Shown here piece after piece: positions 39,798 to 51,137 of a DNA stretch of 64,000 bases. How positions within the stretch are numbered: the stretch's first letter is position 1; each line of letters starts with the position of its first letter. The DNA is from Pseudovirgaria hyperparasitica. Lineage: Eukaryota. Made by a program: the position numbers and the translations under genes. The stretch lies in assembly GCA_010093815.1 (NCBI GenBank), contig ML996576.1. One strand, written 5' to 3'. Under the pieces are notes generated by a model, which worked only from the letters and a program-made list of their open reading frames with translations, was not told the DNA's origin and made no database searches.

Positions 39798-40554
39798 TCC
39801 ATGCCGTATGGGGCGACTATGTATTGGGAGTAGAGCTTTAAGATATCTGAGACATGCCATAGCGTCATAGATAGCTTGAACGTCATCGCCCTGCTGCTGA
39901 CCAAGTTTAATTCGTGCTCGCGGCAGTGAAGTTCTCCTCGCGTTTGTCTCTGCTGCTTCAGTTCGTCATCTGGTCTGGCTTTGGAGTAAGTCTGACGCTG
40001 TCCGGTGTGGCTTCCATGCATATCCACGCCTTCATTTATAAGCTTCATAGTCATTGATTACTCGTGCCTTTATCTCCGCCTACTAGTGATAAAGTTCGAG
40101 GGCCAGTGGCTATTGTGTAATGGTCATCAAGCCGCAAAAGACTATCCTCATCATCTCGACTCAAGCTAATCGACGGCGCATCGAAATTTCAGCGAGCGAA
40201 AGCTATAAAACGTTGTCTCATTCAGCTGTTGCGTAGTGTCATGAACTACTGTGAGATCTGTCTCGCTAAATTGATCAGGGACGTCTTAACAAGTTAAACA
40301 GGAAGGATGTCAACAATCAAATAGGATGTAAACGTTGTGCATGGGCAGAAGCCGTAGGCTGATGCGTTCAAAGGGAGTACTGTAGTGGCAAACTCTAGAG
40401 AGTCTGCGAAGAATATGAAGTAGAAGCTCTCGACGATTTTAAGCGTGTTGGCGAGGAAGATCGTAGGTCCACTCAAAGGTTCAGCTAATATACAGAGCAA
40501 GATTCACACCAGTGGTTTAAGAAAGTGGAAGTCATTCGTGGAAAGGAGTCGTAC

Positions 40555-40755
40555 TAAATACAGGTAGTAGAATTCTTAATATAAAATAGCGAGTAAAATA
40601 ACTTAATATATCTAGTTTCTATAACTATATTATCTATAAAGACTAAGCTAGGCTTAATAAGAATCTAAGGAGACTTCATTTTAGAAGCTTAAGAGATAGT
40701 AGAATAACACGAACTTTAGAGCGAGAAAATAAAGAGTAATAAATAGCATGATCTA
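40555..40755. repeat. Short AT-rich RIP-mutated repeat relic
   Basis: Abrupt stretch of about 200 bp rich in TpA and poor in CpA/TpG within otherwise normal sequence. Confidence 0.6.
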
Positions 40756-42802
40756 GAAATTTAGGTGCCTGAACCAAAGTATATCCGTACCTACGAACAA
40801 TGGCTCGAGGAGCACTACCGAACTCATCATAACTGGACCATTCTTCCTCTTCTGGTCAATTGTAGCACTCCTGTGGGCAACTTCACCCAGTGGAAATGCT
40901 TGATTATCAGTATTGAGAAAACTGTCAGGTAAACAGTGGACTTCACATGAATATTGAACAGACCATAGCGATATCCGTAGCAAGAGTAAGGAATTGAACT
41001 CGACTGTACGAAAGTCAGGTGTGGCGCCATTCCACGCACATCCTTAGAACAATGTACATTGGTCAGTATATTTGAGGAGAACGACTGCGAACTCTGGTAG
41101 TAGAGGCTTCCAAACGTGGCGATGATTCAGTTTGTGCTGTGTGCTCGCAGGATATAATACCGGAACCCTCTTATGGCAGCAGATAACTTTGCGTCATTAA
41201 GCAAAACGTGAACAGAGTGCCAGGACACCTACATCCGAAGTTCGCTACAAAGTGCGATAAATCGAGAGGCAAGATGCTCTTGCTTAATGGTATTGGCATT
41301 CATGTCTGTGAAGCTTTGTATGCTGATTTGAGAGTATCACACGAAGGGTAACAAGCTCGAGACGATGTTCCTGGAGTCGAAGTCGAAGTTTCTTGACCAA
41401 TCTCCGGGTAAATTTGCATCAGCAGATGTCAGATATCAGTGAGTACGCGATCAGTCATGGGATGACCACGTAGTGAATCTGCCGAGTCTGTTAAGTTGAT
41501 GACCTACACATGAGGATATCATGCATCGCCTGTCAATTGTGTCTAAAGCGCTTCATGCAGGTCAATAACAATGAAAGCTCTAAAGTGTCGTGGCAAGCCC
41601 TCTACCATATGTCGATCACGATCACACAACCCACTGTGCTGGGATTATGGGACAAAGCACAAGCAAAACGATAGAATTGTCGATGGAACCGAGAAAGGCG
41701 TTGTACGGCTGTAGATGTATTGTGAGGGAGGACAAAGGATGGGTCTCAACAGTCTGGTGCAGTATTAAGAAGGTCATGGACGGGACTTCCTTTCAGAAAA
41801 GCGGGGCACGCTAAGCCCCTGCCTATCTTTTCGGCCACCCCTTTTCAGCCAGCCTTTGTGCTAAACAGCAACAAGCACCACCCGCCATCCTATCTTGTAC
41901 CAACAATTGTCATGTGCAGAGATGAGACTGATGTTCATAATACCACCTGGCACCGAGTGTACTTCCTACCCTTGCAGCTGATGGTGCAGACCCTCGAGGT
42001 AACGGACACACGCAGGGCTGACGATGGTGCATCTTGTATGATGTATTCAAAAGACCCTCTGAATAATTACTTCTGCCATTTCATTCTCGATTCGGAGTCG
42101 ATACGCGCGGTTCTTCCAAGGCCCTGTACAACTCACAGCATATGTAGCCAAGTGCGACGTATGCTCTCTGAAGGCCCTTTCGCCGACTCCAGCCTCATGG
42201 GCATAGGCGATTTGTTGGCTGGAAAGCTGCTGACCCGAAGCAACGTAGAGAGGGCCGATTCAAGTAAGTCTCCTTCTATAGGTAAGTGACACGGCTACTC
42301 CTGTTCGTATACTTGTATGCACTTACTACTCGGGCTGCAGAAGTATCGCCTCGTGTGTACTTTAAAAACCCTTGTACGGTGATCCCTGTTGATCGTTCCA
42401 CCAAGCTCCCCTATCATTCGGTTTAATCTTGCATCATGTTCTCTACTGTCCTTACTATAACCGAGTCTTTTCTTTCCAAGGTCAGCCTCTCTCTTTTTGG
42501 CTGGCACCGTTCGGGTGTTTATACGTGTTTTTCACTTCTGCAGGAGCCTACGCCTCCCATGCACTCTTTTCTCCGACTTCTCAGCCATCAGCCACAGCTG
42601 AGGATTTCTCTTCTTTGTATTTTAAGATCAGTCCTATCCTTTTCATATCTAATATTATAAGCATCCAACTTATATTCAAGCTTCATACCTCAGGATATTG
42701 GTAAATTGGTACGCCACCTGCCACACCCAGATTACCCCAAGACGCCTCCCCATTGTTCAGCGTTTTCTGTAATAAAGCATCGCTTTCTGCCATTTGCTCA
42801 AG

Positions 42803-45454
42803 ATGGCGGCTTTCAAGATCATGGCGCCCCTTTACTTTGCGTGGTTGGTAGCTGCTTTACCTGCTCCTGTAGCAGATGTTCTTCCCCGAGCCGGCACTTT
42901 CATATCGGCGCCCTCTACAACTACATATGATAACACGCTAGCCTACTACCAAAAAGCCACACCAACGGCTGTTCCTGAGCGCATAGGGGTGGGTCGGGTG
43001 CTCCATCGGGAGGAGTCTGCATGCTGACTGGTAAAATAGACGTTGAACATAGAACTTGAGACGAAAGCTGGTAAGAGAAAGTGGTTAATAACATTCAATT
43101 ACAGCTGACAACTTGAAAGGCAATGGACTGCCATTTACGTTGCCATTAATTCAGTACACGAGCCTGGAAATAGTCTCATCGAGTATCGACGCCAACTATC
43201 CAGAGTCAACTGCGGCCAGATCCAGCAACATCTTCGTTCCAATCTCAAATGATCCTCCTCCACCGCAGATTCAAAGTCGAGAAGATCATCCTGTCAACGG
43301 AGTTGGCATAGCAGACATGTCAAAGCCGATTTCGACCAACAAATTCTACGCAAATCTTTTCTTGGACTCGCAAGCGCAAAGTGTATGGACTCATCCTTAT
43401 TCTCTTCGTTGGATCAAAGGTGGTAGCTCACTCAAAAGCTGGGGTATGGGGGTCACGCATATCGAAGCAAACCAGTATGCATTTGGCGAAGGTGATCCTG
43501 CAAAGAATTTCGTTTGTCCTATTGGAATCAACCATTTTATTTTCTCTGCCAAGGAACTCGGAAATGGTACCAGACTCACAACTGATACTCTTACTGCTTT
43601 CTCTGTAAATGCAGACCTTCGTCCATGGGAAAATGCAGAGCCGGCTATCTCGTTTCCAATGGTCCAAGGTCAAGGCTTCACCACAGCGATTTACAAGAAT
43701 TCGAAACCTATACTGGAGAGTGGCGTATTCTTCAGCTCGCTGACATTCGTACAAACGCTCGAAGGTAGTACTCCAATCCACAAGTATAGACTGGTCTTAA
43801 ACGACCAAAGCAACTGGTTGATGTACGCTACCCCGACTGGGAGCGCTGGGCAACCGCCATTCAAGCTTGAGGATAGCAGTCGTATCAGTGGTCCTGATGG
43901 GTACAACGGATTGATTCAAATAGCGAAGAACAATAATGCAGAGGCCGGAGAAGCAATCTATGATGCTTCAGCTGGGGCATATGCCTGTGGCGCTGAGCTG
44001 ACGGGCTCTGTTGACGGCTCCACAGGCACCTACTCGATTTCCTGGAAGAAGGGAGGTCTGACAGATAGGACGCTAGTTATGTTTGCTCTACCACACCATG
44101 TTGCAGCATTCGACGAAGGTACAAAGAGCGTAACCACGCCAGTCCAACTCCAAACCACCACCAAAGGCATCGCTACCGCCGTCAAAGCCGACAAGATCAC
44201 GATGATCGAGGCTGGCCTCCCCAATACCTATGGCTTTCTTCCCTGGGATGAGGGAAACTCGAAGCAGATCCGCCAAGTCGCCATTGACGCCATAGACAAC
44301 GCCGGCTCGTCCGAACTCAGCCAAAACATGGAGCCCCAGTGCGTGCTAAACAGTATGTACTACTCGGGCAAAGGTCTAGCCAAATTCGCCTCCATCATCA
44401 TCGCCGTGAACGACATTGCTAAGAACACCCAGCTCGCTGCGTCGGGCCTGGTTCAGCTCAAAAAGGTCTTCGATGTCTTTGTCCAGAACAAACAGCCATT
44501 TCCCTTAGTCTACGACACAAGATGGAAAGGCCTTGTAAGCAGTGGTAGTTATGCCACCGGTGATAATGGCGTTGATTTTGGGAACAGCTTGTACAACGAC
44601 CACCACTTCCATTACGGCTACTTCATTTACACTGCCGCTGTTATTGGATACTTGGACCCATTATGGCTCACTCAAGGTACAAACAAAGCATGGGTCAACT
44701 CTCTGCTGCGCGACTATGCGAATCCTTCCGCTGATGACCAAGTCTACGCACACGTCCGCGCATTCGACTGGTACAACGGGCACTCATGGGCGAAAGGTCT
44801 CTTCGAGTCCGGCGACGGAAAGGACCAAGAATCCACATCTGAAGATAGTTTTGCGACGTACGGCATGAAGATGTGGGGCCGCATTGTCGGCGATCCAAAC
44901 ATGGAGGCGCGAGGAAACCTCCAACTTGCCGTGCAGAAGCGCAGCTTCAACAGCTACTTTCTCATGGCCAACGACAACAAGATCCAGCCGCAAAAGTTCA
45001 TCGGCAATAAAGTCACTGGCATCGTAAGTCTCCGTCCTCTCATTTCCCTCTCTCGCCTTCCCCACCCTTACCACATCACGTCTTCACGCCTCATATCTCT
45101 TACTGACGCCGCCCCCAGCTCTTCGAAAACAAAATCGACCACACGACCTACTTCGGATCCAATCCAGAGTACATCCAAGGCATACATATGATCCCGCTCT
45201 CGCCCGTCAGCGCCTACACTCGGCCATCGTCATTCGTCAAAGAAGAATGGGACACGTACTTCTCCAACGGCCGTGCCGACAAAGTAGAGGGTGGCTGGAA
45301 AGGCATCCTCTACGCAAATTATGCGCTCATCGACCCGGTCAAGAGCTACGACTTTTTTTCGTCCAGCAATTTTGATGTGGGCGGGCTGGATGGCGGGGCC
45401 AGTCGGACGTGGTATTTGGCGCTGGCGGCGGGTTTGGGGGGTAGTGTAGCATAG
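42803..45454 (+). CDS. Secreted endo-1,3-beta-glucanase, glycoside hydrolase family 81 (Eng1/Acf2-like); 3 introns
   Basis: Signal-like N-terminus MAAFKIMAPLYFAWLVAALP; PISTNKFYANLFL, YNDHHFHYGY, FDWYNGHSWAKG, DQESTSED, LDGGASRTW. Confidence 0.93.
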
Positions 45455-45959
45455 GCGAGGTTGGGAAGTGGAAAATGATTATCATGATAGCGGCAGTGAG
45501 CGTTTCTTTAGCATCTGCGATGACTCCAGGTTGATGGTGATGATGAGCCATGCGCTGGCATTTTCTGAGCCGCCTGGAACACTCATTTGTTCTTTCTTTT
45601 CACTCTTGTTCATACTTGGACGTGTTCGCGTGGAGACGAGATGTGTTTGTATTTCCCACGCTATTCTATTGTATATATCTAGCTCTATATAATTAGCATT
45701 TTCTTTCGCCACAGAATTCATTCACATGTTCACAGACGTAATTGTCGTCGTTCCCACTAGTTCACTACAACGCTGTAGGACTGAGTCCCAGTGCTATTAT
45801 TGCTTGGCAATCAGTCTCATAACAGCCCAACCAGCCACCACTATTCCACGCCATACATACCAAGTACACCAAGTCTTTTCAGCAATTTTCTTTACGAACA
45901 TTCGCAGATTCCTTGATGTGAACTGTAGGACATATGTAGTGGCTGTAGATGTCAGCATA

Positions 45960-47082
45960 TAAGAAGTCGGCTTAGAAGTACCGAGGGAGAGGTTATTATG
46001 AAAAGGGCAGGTATAAATAGATATATAACATTCCTTATATAAGGAATATATATCTAAATAGAGTTATATAATAGAATCTAGCCGTAATAGACTATTATAT
46101 AATAAACGGATCGGCGGAGTATAGCTTAAAGATAATAAGAATATAGTATAATTCTTAAAGTAAAGACTAGATAGAGAGAGAACTAAATATATAGAGAGAC
46201 CATTTCTTATATATTCCTCCTTATACATTCTAGATCCTTCTCTCAATTAATAATAGGAATCTTCTAGACCTCTAGACATACATATATATTCTATAGCTCT
46301 AGTAGTTTCCTTAGAATAGAATAGAGTAGAGTAGAACTCTATAGAACTTATAGATTCTATAGTAGAACCTAATAGAACTCTATAGAAGTTCGTGTTTTCT
46401 AAAGACCTCTAGAAGTTTCTAGAGGGTTTTAGAAACTTCTATAAGAGTATAGAGTATTTATATATATAAGTAGATAATATTAGTAATATCGATTACTAAT
46501 ATTAAGCTATTCCTAATAAGGAAATACCTTATAGAAACTTATTAGATATAGTAGAGGTTAAGTTTATACACCCCCTATTAGAACTTAGCCTTAGATAGAA
46601 CCCGATCTACATATACCTTAGCTAATAGGGTTAGGAGGTAACGTGAAGGGCGGTAAATAGTTACGTACTAGATAGATCGGCGTCCCTTTATATATATATT
46701 CTTAGATTTCTACTAAAAGGGTTCGGTAGTAATTCGTTCTATAATAGAATATACCCTATTATTCTATCTAACTATACTACTATCTAATAACCCTATTCTT
46801 ATATTCGAATTACTCTCTATATAGTACTATAGTTAAGATAGTCTAACTAGAACCGAGAAGGTCGATACGATCTACTATAGGGATAAGTAATACTATATTA
46901 AATAATAGGGATCCTCTATAATTAGTATTAATTCTAGCCGTTTCTAACTAAGAAGTAGAAATATTAGACTAAATTATGGAGCTTTTAGACGAAGAAATAG
47001 TAGATATACTAAGTAACTTCTAATAATATAAAGCCGGATAACGAGTCGTGGCGGAGCCACGTAAGGTATTATAATAAACTAT
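45960..47082. mobile_element. Heavily RIP-degraded repeat of unidentified family; start of the AT-rich block
   Basis: Sharp compositional switch, CpA/TpG nearly absent, tctaga-type short repeats at 46260-46440; interrupted by the LTR at 47083. Confidence 0.6.
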
Positions 47083-47452
47083 TGTGGAAGGCCGCTCCTG
47101 CAGCCCTATATGTATGTATCCCTGGCTCGATTATATGGCTTCATTGTATATTTAAGGAGGGCGTTTTCCTTGGTCATTCTGCTCGGCGCTTCCCCCATTA
47201 CTAATATTCGACTATTCGACCTTTTCTTACGTTTATAGGCCTCTATAGGTATTAATTATTAGGCTTAGCTATTAAAGAATTGATTAAGAGTATTATATAG
47301 ACCCGTCCTATTATAAAAGAGAACTAATAAGAAGTTATGCGTTCAAAGAGAACTTATAATACCTAGGAGAGATACTTATGAGTTCGTCGTAACTACTATA
47401 CTAGAAATATAGCTATTTATAAAAGGGATACACGTGGTAATAGCTTACTATA
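47083..47452 (+). repeat. 5' LTR of host element (about 370 bp)
   Basis: Starts TGTGGAAGGCCG; reverse complement of 50568-50939 and 61611-61982 apart from mostly transition changes. Confidence 0.92.
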
Positions 47453-47919
47453 ATTTTAGAGGTCGTACCCGGACTACGAACTTATAGGGGGAGATTAGGA
47501 CTCCGAAACTAGCTTAGGGGAAGTATATAGCGTACCTAATAAGGTAGTCTAGACTTACTAGATTAAAGCCACGAGTCCGGAAAATAGGGAGTCCGGAGTC
47601 GCTAGGGGCTAGCCTCTTAAAAGTAGCTATAAAAAGCATGCGTATACTAATACGGGTAATAGCGCGACTCGAAAATGTCTTAGGGGAATAGAATATAAAA
47701 TAGGGCTAGATAAAGTAGTAAAGAAGAGTTTAAAAATGATAAATATAACCTGTTTAGTACTACTATAGCTGTTATTTATAAACACGGCTATACGAGTATA
47801 CTACTTTAGAAACGCCTTATATAAAGATAATAATATAAGTAGAATACCGTGAACCTTATATCGATAAAGACGATAGTAATAGTTTACCTTATAAAGGGAT
47901 TAGTTAATATAGAGAGGGG

Positions 47920-50567
47920 ATAATAGGTGTTATAGGTAGACCCATTGGGCTAACCTTTAGTTAAGGTAATCCCTTAACTAATAACCTTACCCCTAGCGTC
48001 TCCACTAGTATACCTACTACTAGTAATAGTACAATAGAAGCTTAAAATAACGACCTAGTAACTCGTAGAGAGATACTTAACTTCTTCGTAGTATTTGCGC
48101 AATAAGGAAGGATAGTATCTCTACCTACCCTAGCCCCCGAGCGCTTTAAAGAAATAAACATTACGGCCTTCCTTCGGAAGTACGAGAACATATATATAAA
48201 CTATAAAGTTCCGCCTAATAAGAAGATAACCTCCCTACTATTATACTATAAGGACTATCTCTATCCTACTATTAAAGGAATAAGTAGGTTTTAGAAATAG
48301 TAGTGGGCCACGCTACGTGAAGAATTATTAAAGGAATTCTCTCTATTTAACTCTACCCTCGAGGAAGGCACTATCTACTTTATCCAAAAATACGTGGAAA
48401 TGGTTAAAGTAGACCTATCCTACTCTCTCCCTATATACTACTCCCGGTATCATGTTATTACGGAGAAACTTATGGCTAAAGGAAGCCTAAGCTCGTATTC
48501 GTGAATAGAGCTCTTCCTAGAAGGGCTGCCTAATAGTCTTAAGGCTCGGGCTATAGAGAAATATCAACTCACGATAGAAGCACATAGTTACGACTAGGTA
48601 ATTGTCTATGACTTCGTATCATGAAAGGCCAGAGTACTTAAGGAACTAGCTCGTATTAATAAGCACTTAGCCGCATAAGAGCTAGCCATAGCCATATACT
48701 ATAAATTAAAGATAGGGAGTAAGAAGACTAGCTTAGAAGAGTAGTCATATGAAGAAAGAAGAACTAATAAATTTAACTACCCCTCTCTAGTTATAGTACA
48801 CGTCACGCTAGAATTAGATAAGTTTAACGAGATAGTAGAGAGATTTAGTAAACTAGACCTCACGTTAATTAAGATAAAGTCCTACTTTACCTCTAATCTC
48901 TTATTCCTATCCCTTAAGAAGTACGAACCTAAGCTACTTTTAGCTATTATTAACTAGTAGGCGCGAAGGCTAAATCTTTTAGCACATCCCTAAGTACGAG
49001 GCATGCCTATAGAACTAACGTAAGTTTATCTATAGAATTATATATAGAATAGAGAATATATCTCTACCTAAGACTCCTAAGGGGGCGTTATAGCCTAGGA
49101 TAGGCCTCGAAGACTAATCGTATACATTACGTACGGAGGGGATTACCTAATATATAGATATCCGGAGATAGTAGAATATATTAGAGACGGATTACTAAAT
49201 ATTAACGGGGTACGAGTATTCTAAGGGCGTTTTAGAGTAAATAGAGAAGAAATCCTATTACTACCCTCCTCGGTAGGGCTATAAGCTACTCTATAAGCTA
49301 TCTAGAACTATATAGTAACGGTTTAAAACGGCCTAAGCTAGTATAGAGGAGGAGTAAAGGTTTCTACGTCCGTAGTAAATATTAACGCTTTATAGAGAGT
49401 GCTAGTATATAGTATTAGTATAAAACCTATAAAGGGTCCCTACTAGGCCTCGGCGGATAGCGATTCGGAAGAAGAAGTTACGTTACCTAAGAGTAAGAAA
49501 GATAGATATATAGAATTCTACGAACGCTTTAACGTGGCTAGTAATAGATATATCTATAAGGAGATAGCCCTAGAAGAGCCCGCTATACTTATAATATCTA
49601 GAAGGGGGATTATAAAGAGTACACCTAATTATACTAAGGAAAGAAAGATCGCCCGTCTCCGCGGAATACGTAAAGAGTAGTATATAAGGATTATCGAGGA
49701 ATAGAAGGACGGCGAGAAGAGTAGTAACTAGAGAACGTCTAAATAAGAGCTAACGGCGCTAGAGGATAAGATAGATAAAGGGGATAGCCTAAATCCTAGT
49801 TAAAAGGCACGTATCTAAGGCGTTAAGCTTAATAACTATCTACGTAAAGGATAGCGGCTAAGTATAGAAGCTAGTAAAGTATAGCTAGTACGCGTTCTAG
49901 GGATAACTATAAACATTACTATTAGCGAACTATTAAGCCTTAATAGCGACTTATATTATATGGTATTTAAGAAGGGTGCCCTCGACTTTATAGCTAGAGA
50001 GGTCTATAAGACTTAAGAAGAGAGAGCCGAGAAGAAAGGAAGAAATGACTATACTATAGCTCCCGAGATAAATAAACTTAATATATTAATACCCCTCTAT
50101 ACCACGGGGACGGCTATTATATAATAAGATATTAATTAGCTTAAGGAAGGGATAGTAAGGCTAGTAGCCGAGTATCTAAGATACCCCGTGGAAGTTAGTC
50201 CTAAAAGGGCGACTAGTATAGTACTATTCAATAGTAGCGCATAGATAAATAGTATTTAACTAGATGCTACGAGGCGTCTCGGGCTAGTAATATCTTCGCT
50301 TCTACTATATATAAAGAACTCGAGTTTAGTTAGCGCTACTTAGTATAGTACTCTATTCATAGAAATAGTATAGTAATACCCTATCTATATAGATTAGATC
50401 GTTACGGCTACTTCGATATTCGTATATAGTAAACTTAATTATAACCTTATTCTAGAGGAGCCATATACTAGATAGGCCTTACTTATAGTATAGAGGTTAG
50501 CCTCTAGATAAGTACTCTTAATAGTCTACTCCGTATATAGATAAGAATATATAACCTTTAAAACTAG
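47920..50567 (+). pseudogene. RIP-mutated gag-protease of the host element
   Basis: Comparison with the second copy restores a CCHC knuckle (C-I-T-C-G-G-D-H...R-C, about 49121-49165) and protease LFDSGA (about 50224-50241); stops are mostly TAA/TAG as expected from RIP. Confidence 0.85.
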
Positions 50568-50939
50568 TATGATGAGCTATCGCCACGTATGTCCCTTTTT
50601 GTAAATGGCTATGTTCTTAGTATAGTAGTCGCGACGAACTCACAAGTATCTCTCCTAGGTATTATGAGTTCTCTTTGAACGCACGACTTCTTATTAGTTC
50701 TCTTTTATAATAGGACGGGTCTATATAATACTCTTAATCAATTCATTAATAGCTAAGCCTAATAATCAATACCTATAGAGGCCCATGAACGTAAGGAAAG
50801 GTCGAATTATCGAATATTAGTAATAGGGGAAGCGTGTGGAGTAGAATGACCGAGGAAAACGCCCTCCTTAAATATATAATGAGCCATGTAATCGAGCTAG
50901 GGATATATATATATAGGGCTATAGGAACGGCCTTCCACA
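50568..50939 (-). repeat. 3' LTR of nested element
   Basis: TG start at 50939, preceded by the PPT; direct repeat of 61611-61982. Confidence 0.93.
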
Positions 50940-51137
50940 TATACCTCCCCGGCCTATAGAACTACTACCCTTAGTAGTATAGTAACCGTGTGAGAAACCG
51001 TGTGAAGAACACCTAAAAGAAAGACCTTAATATAAATAAAATGCGCCCCTAGTAAACCCCTCGGCGCGGGTAAACCTTAGCCCGGATTATTAGTTAAGGG
51101 TAGCCCTTAACTAATAATTAGGCAGGTTTTCAGGCGC

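Noticed and set aside
45990..46260. Possible LTR of a second element at the start of the AT block
   Set aside because: No second copy in the window and termini obscured by RIP
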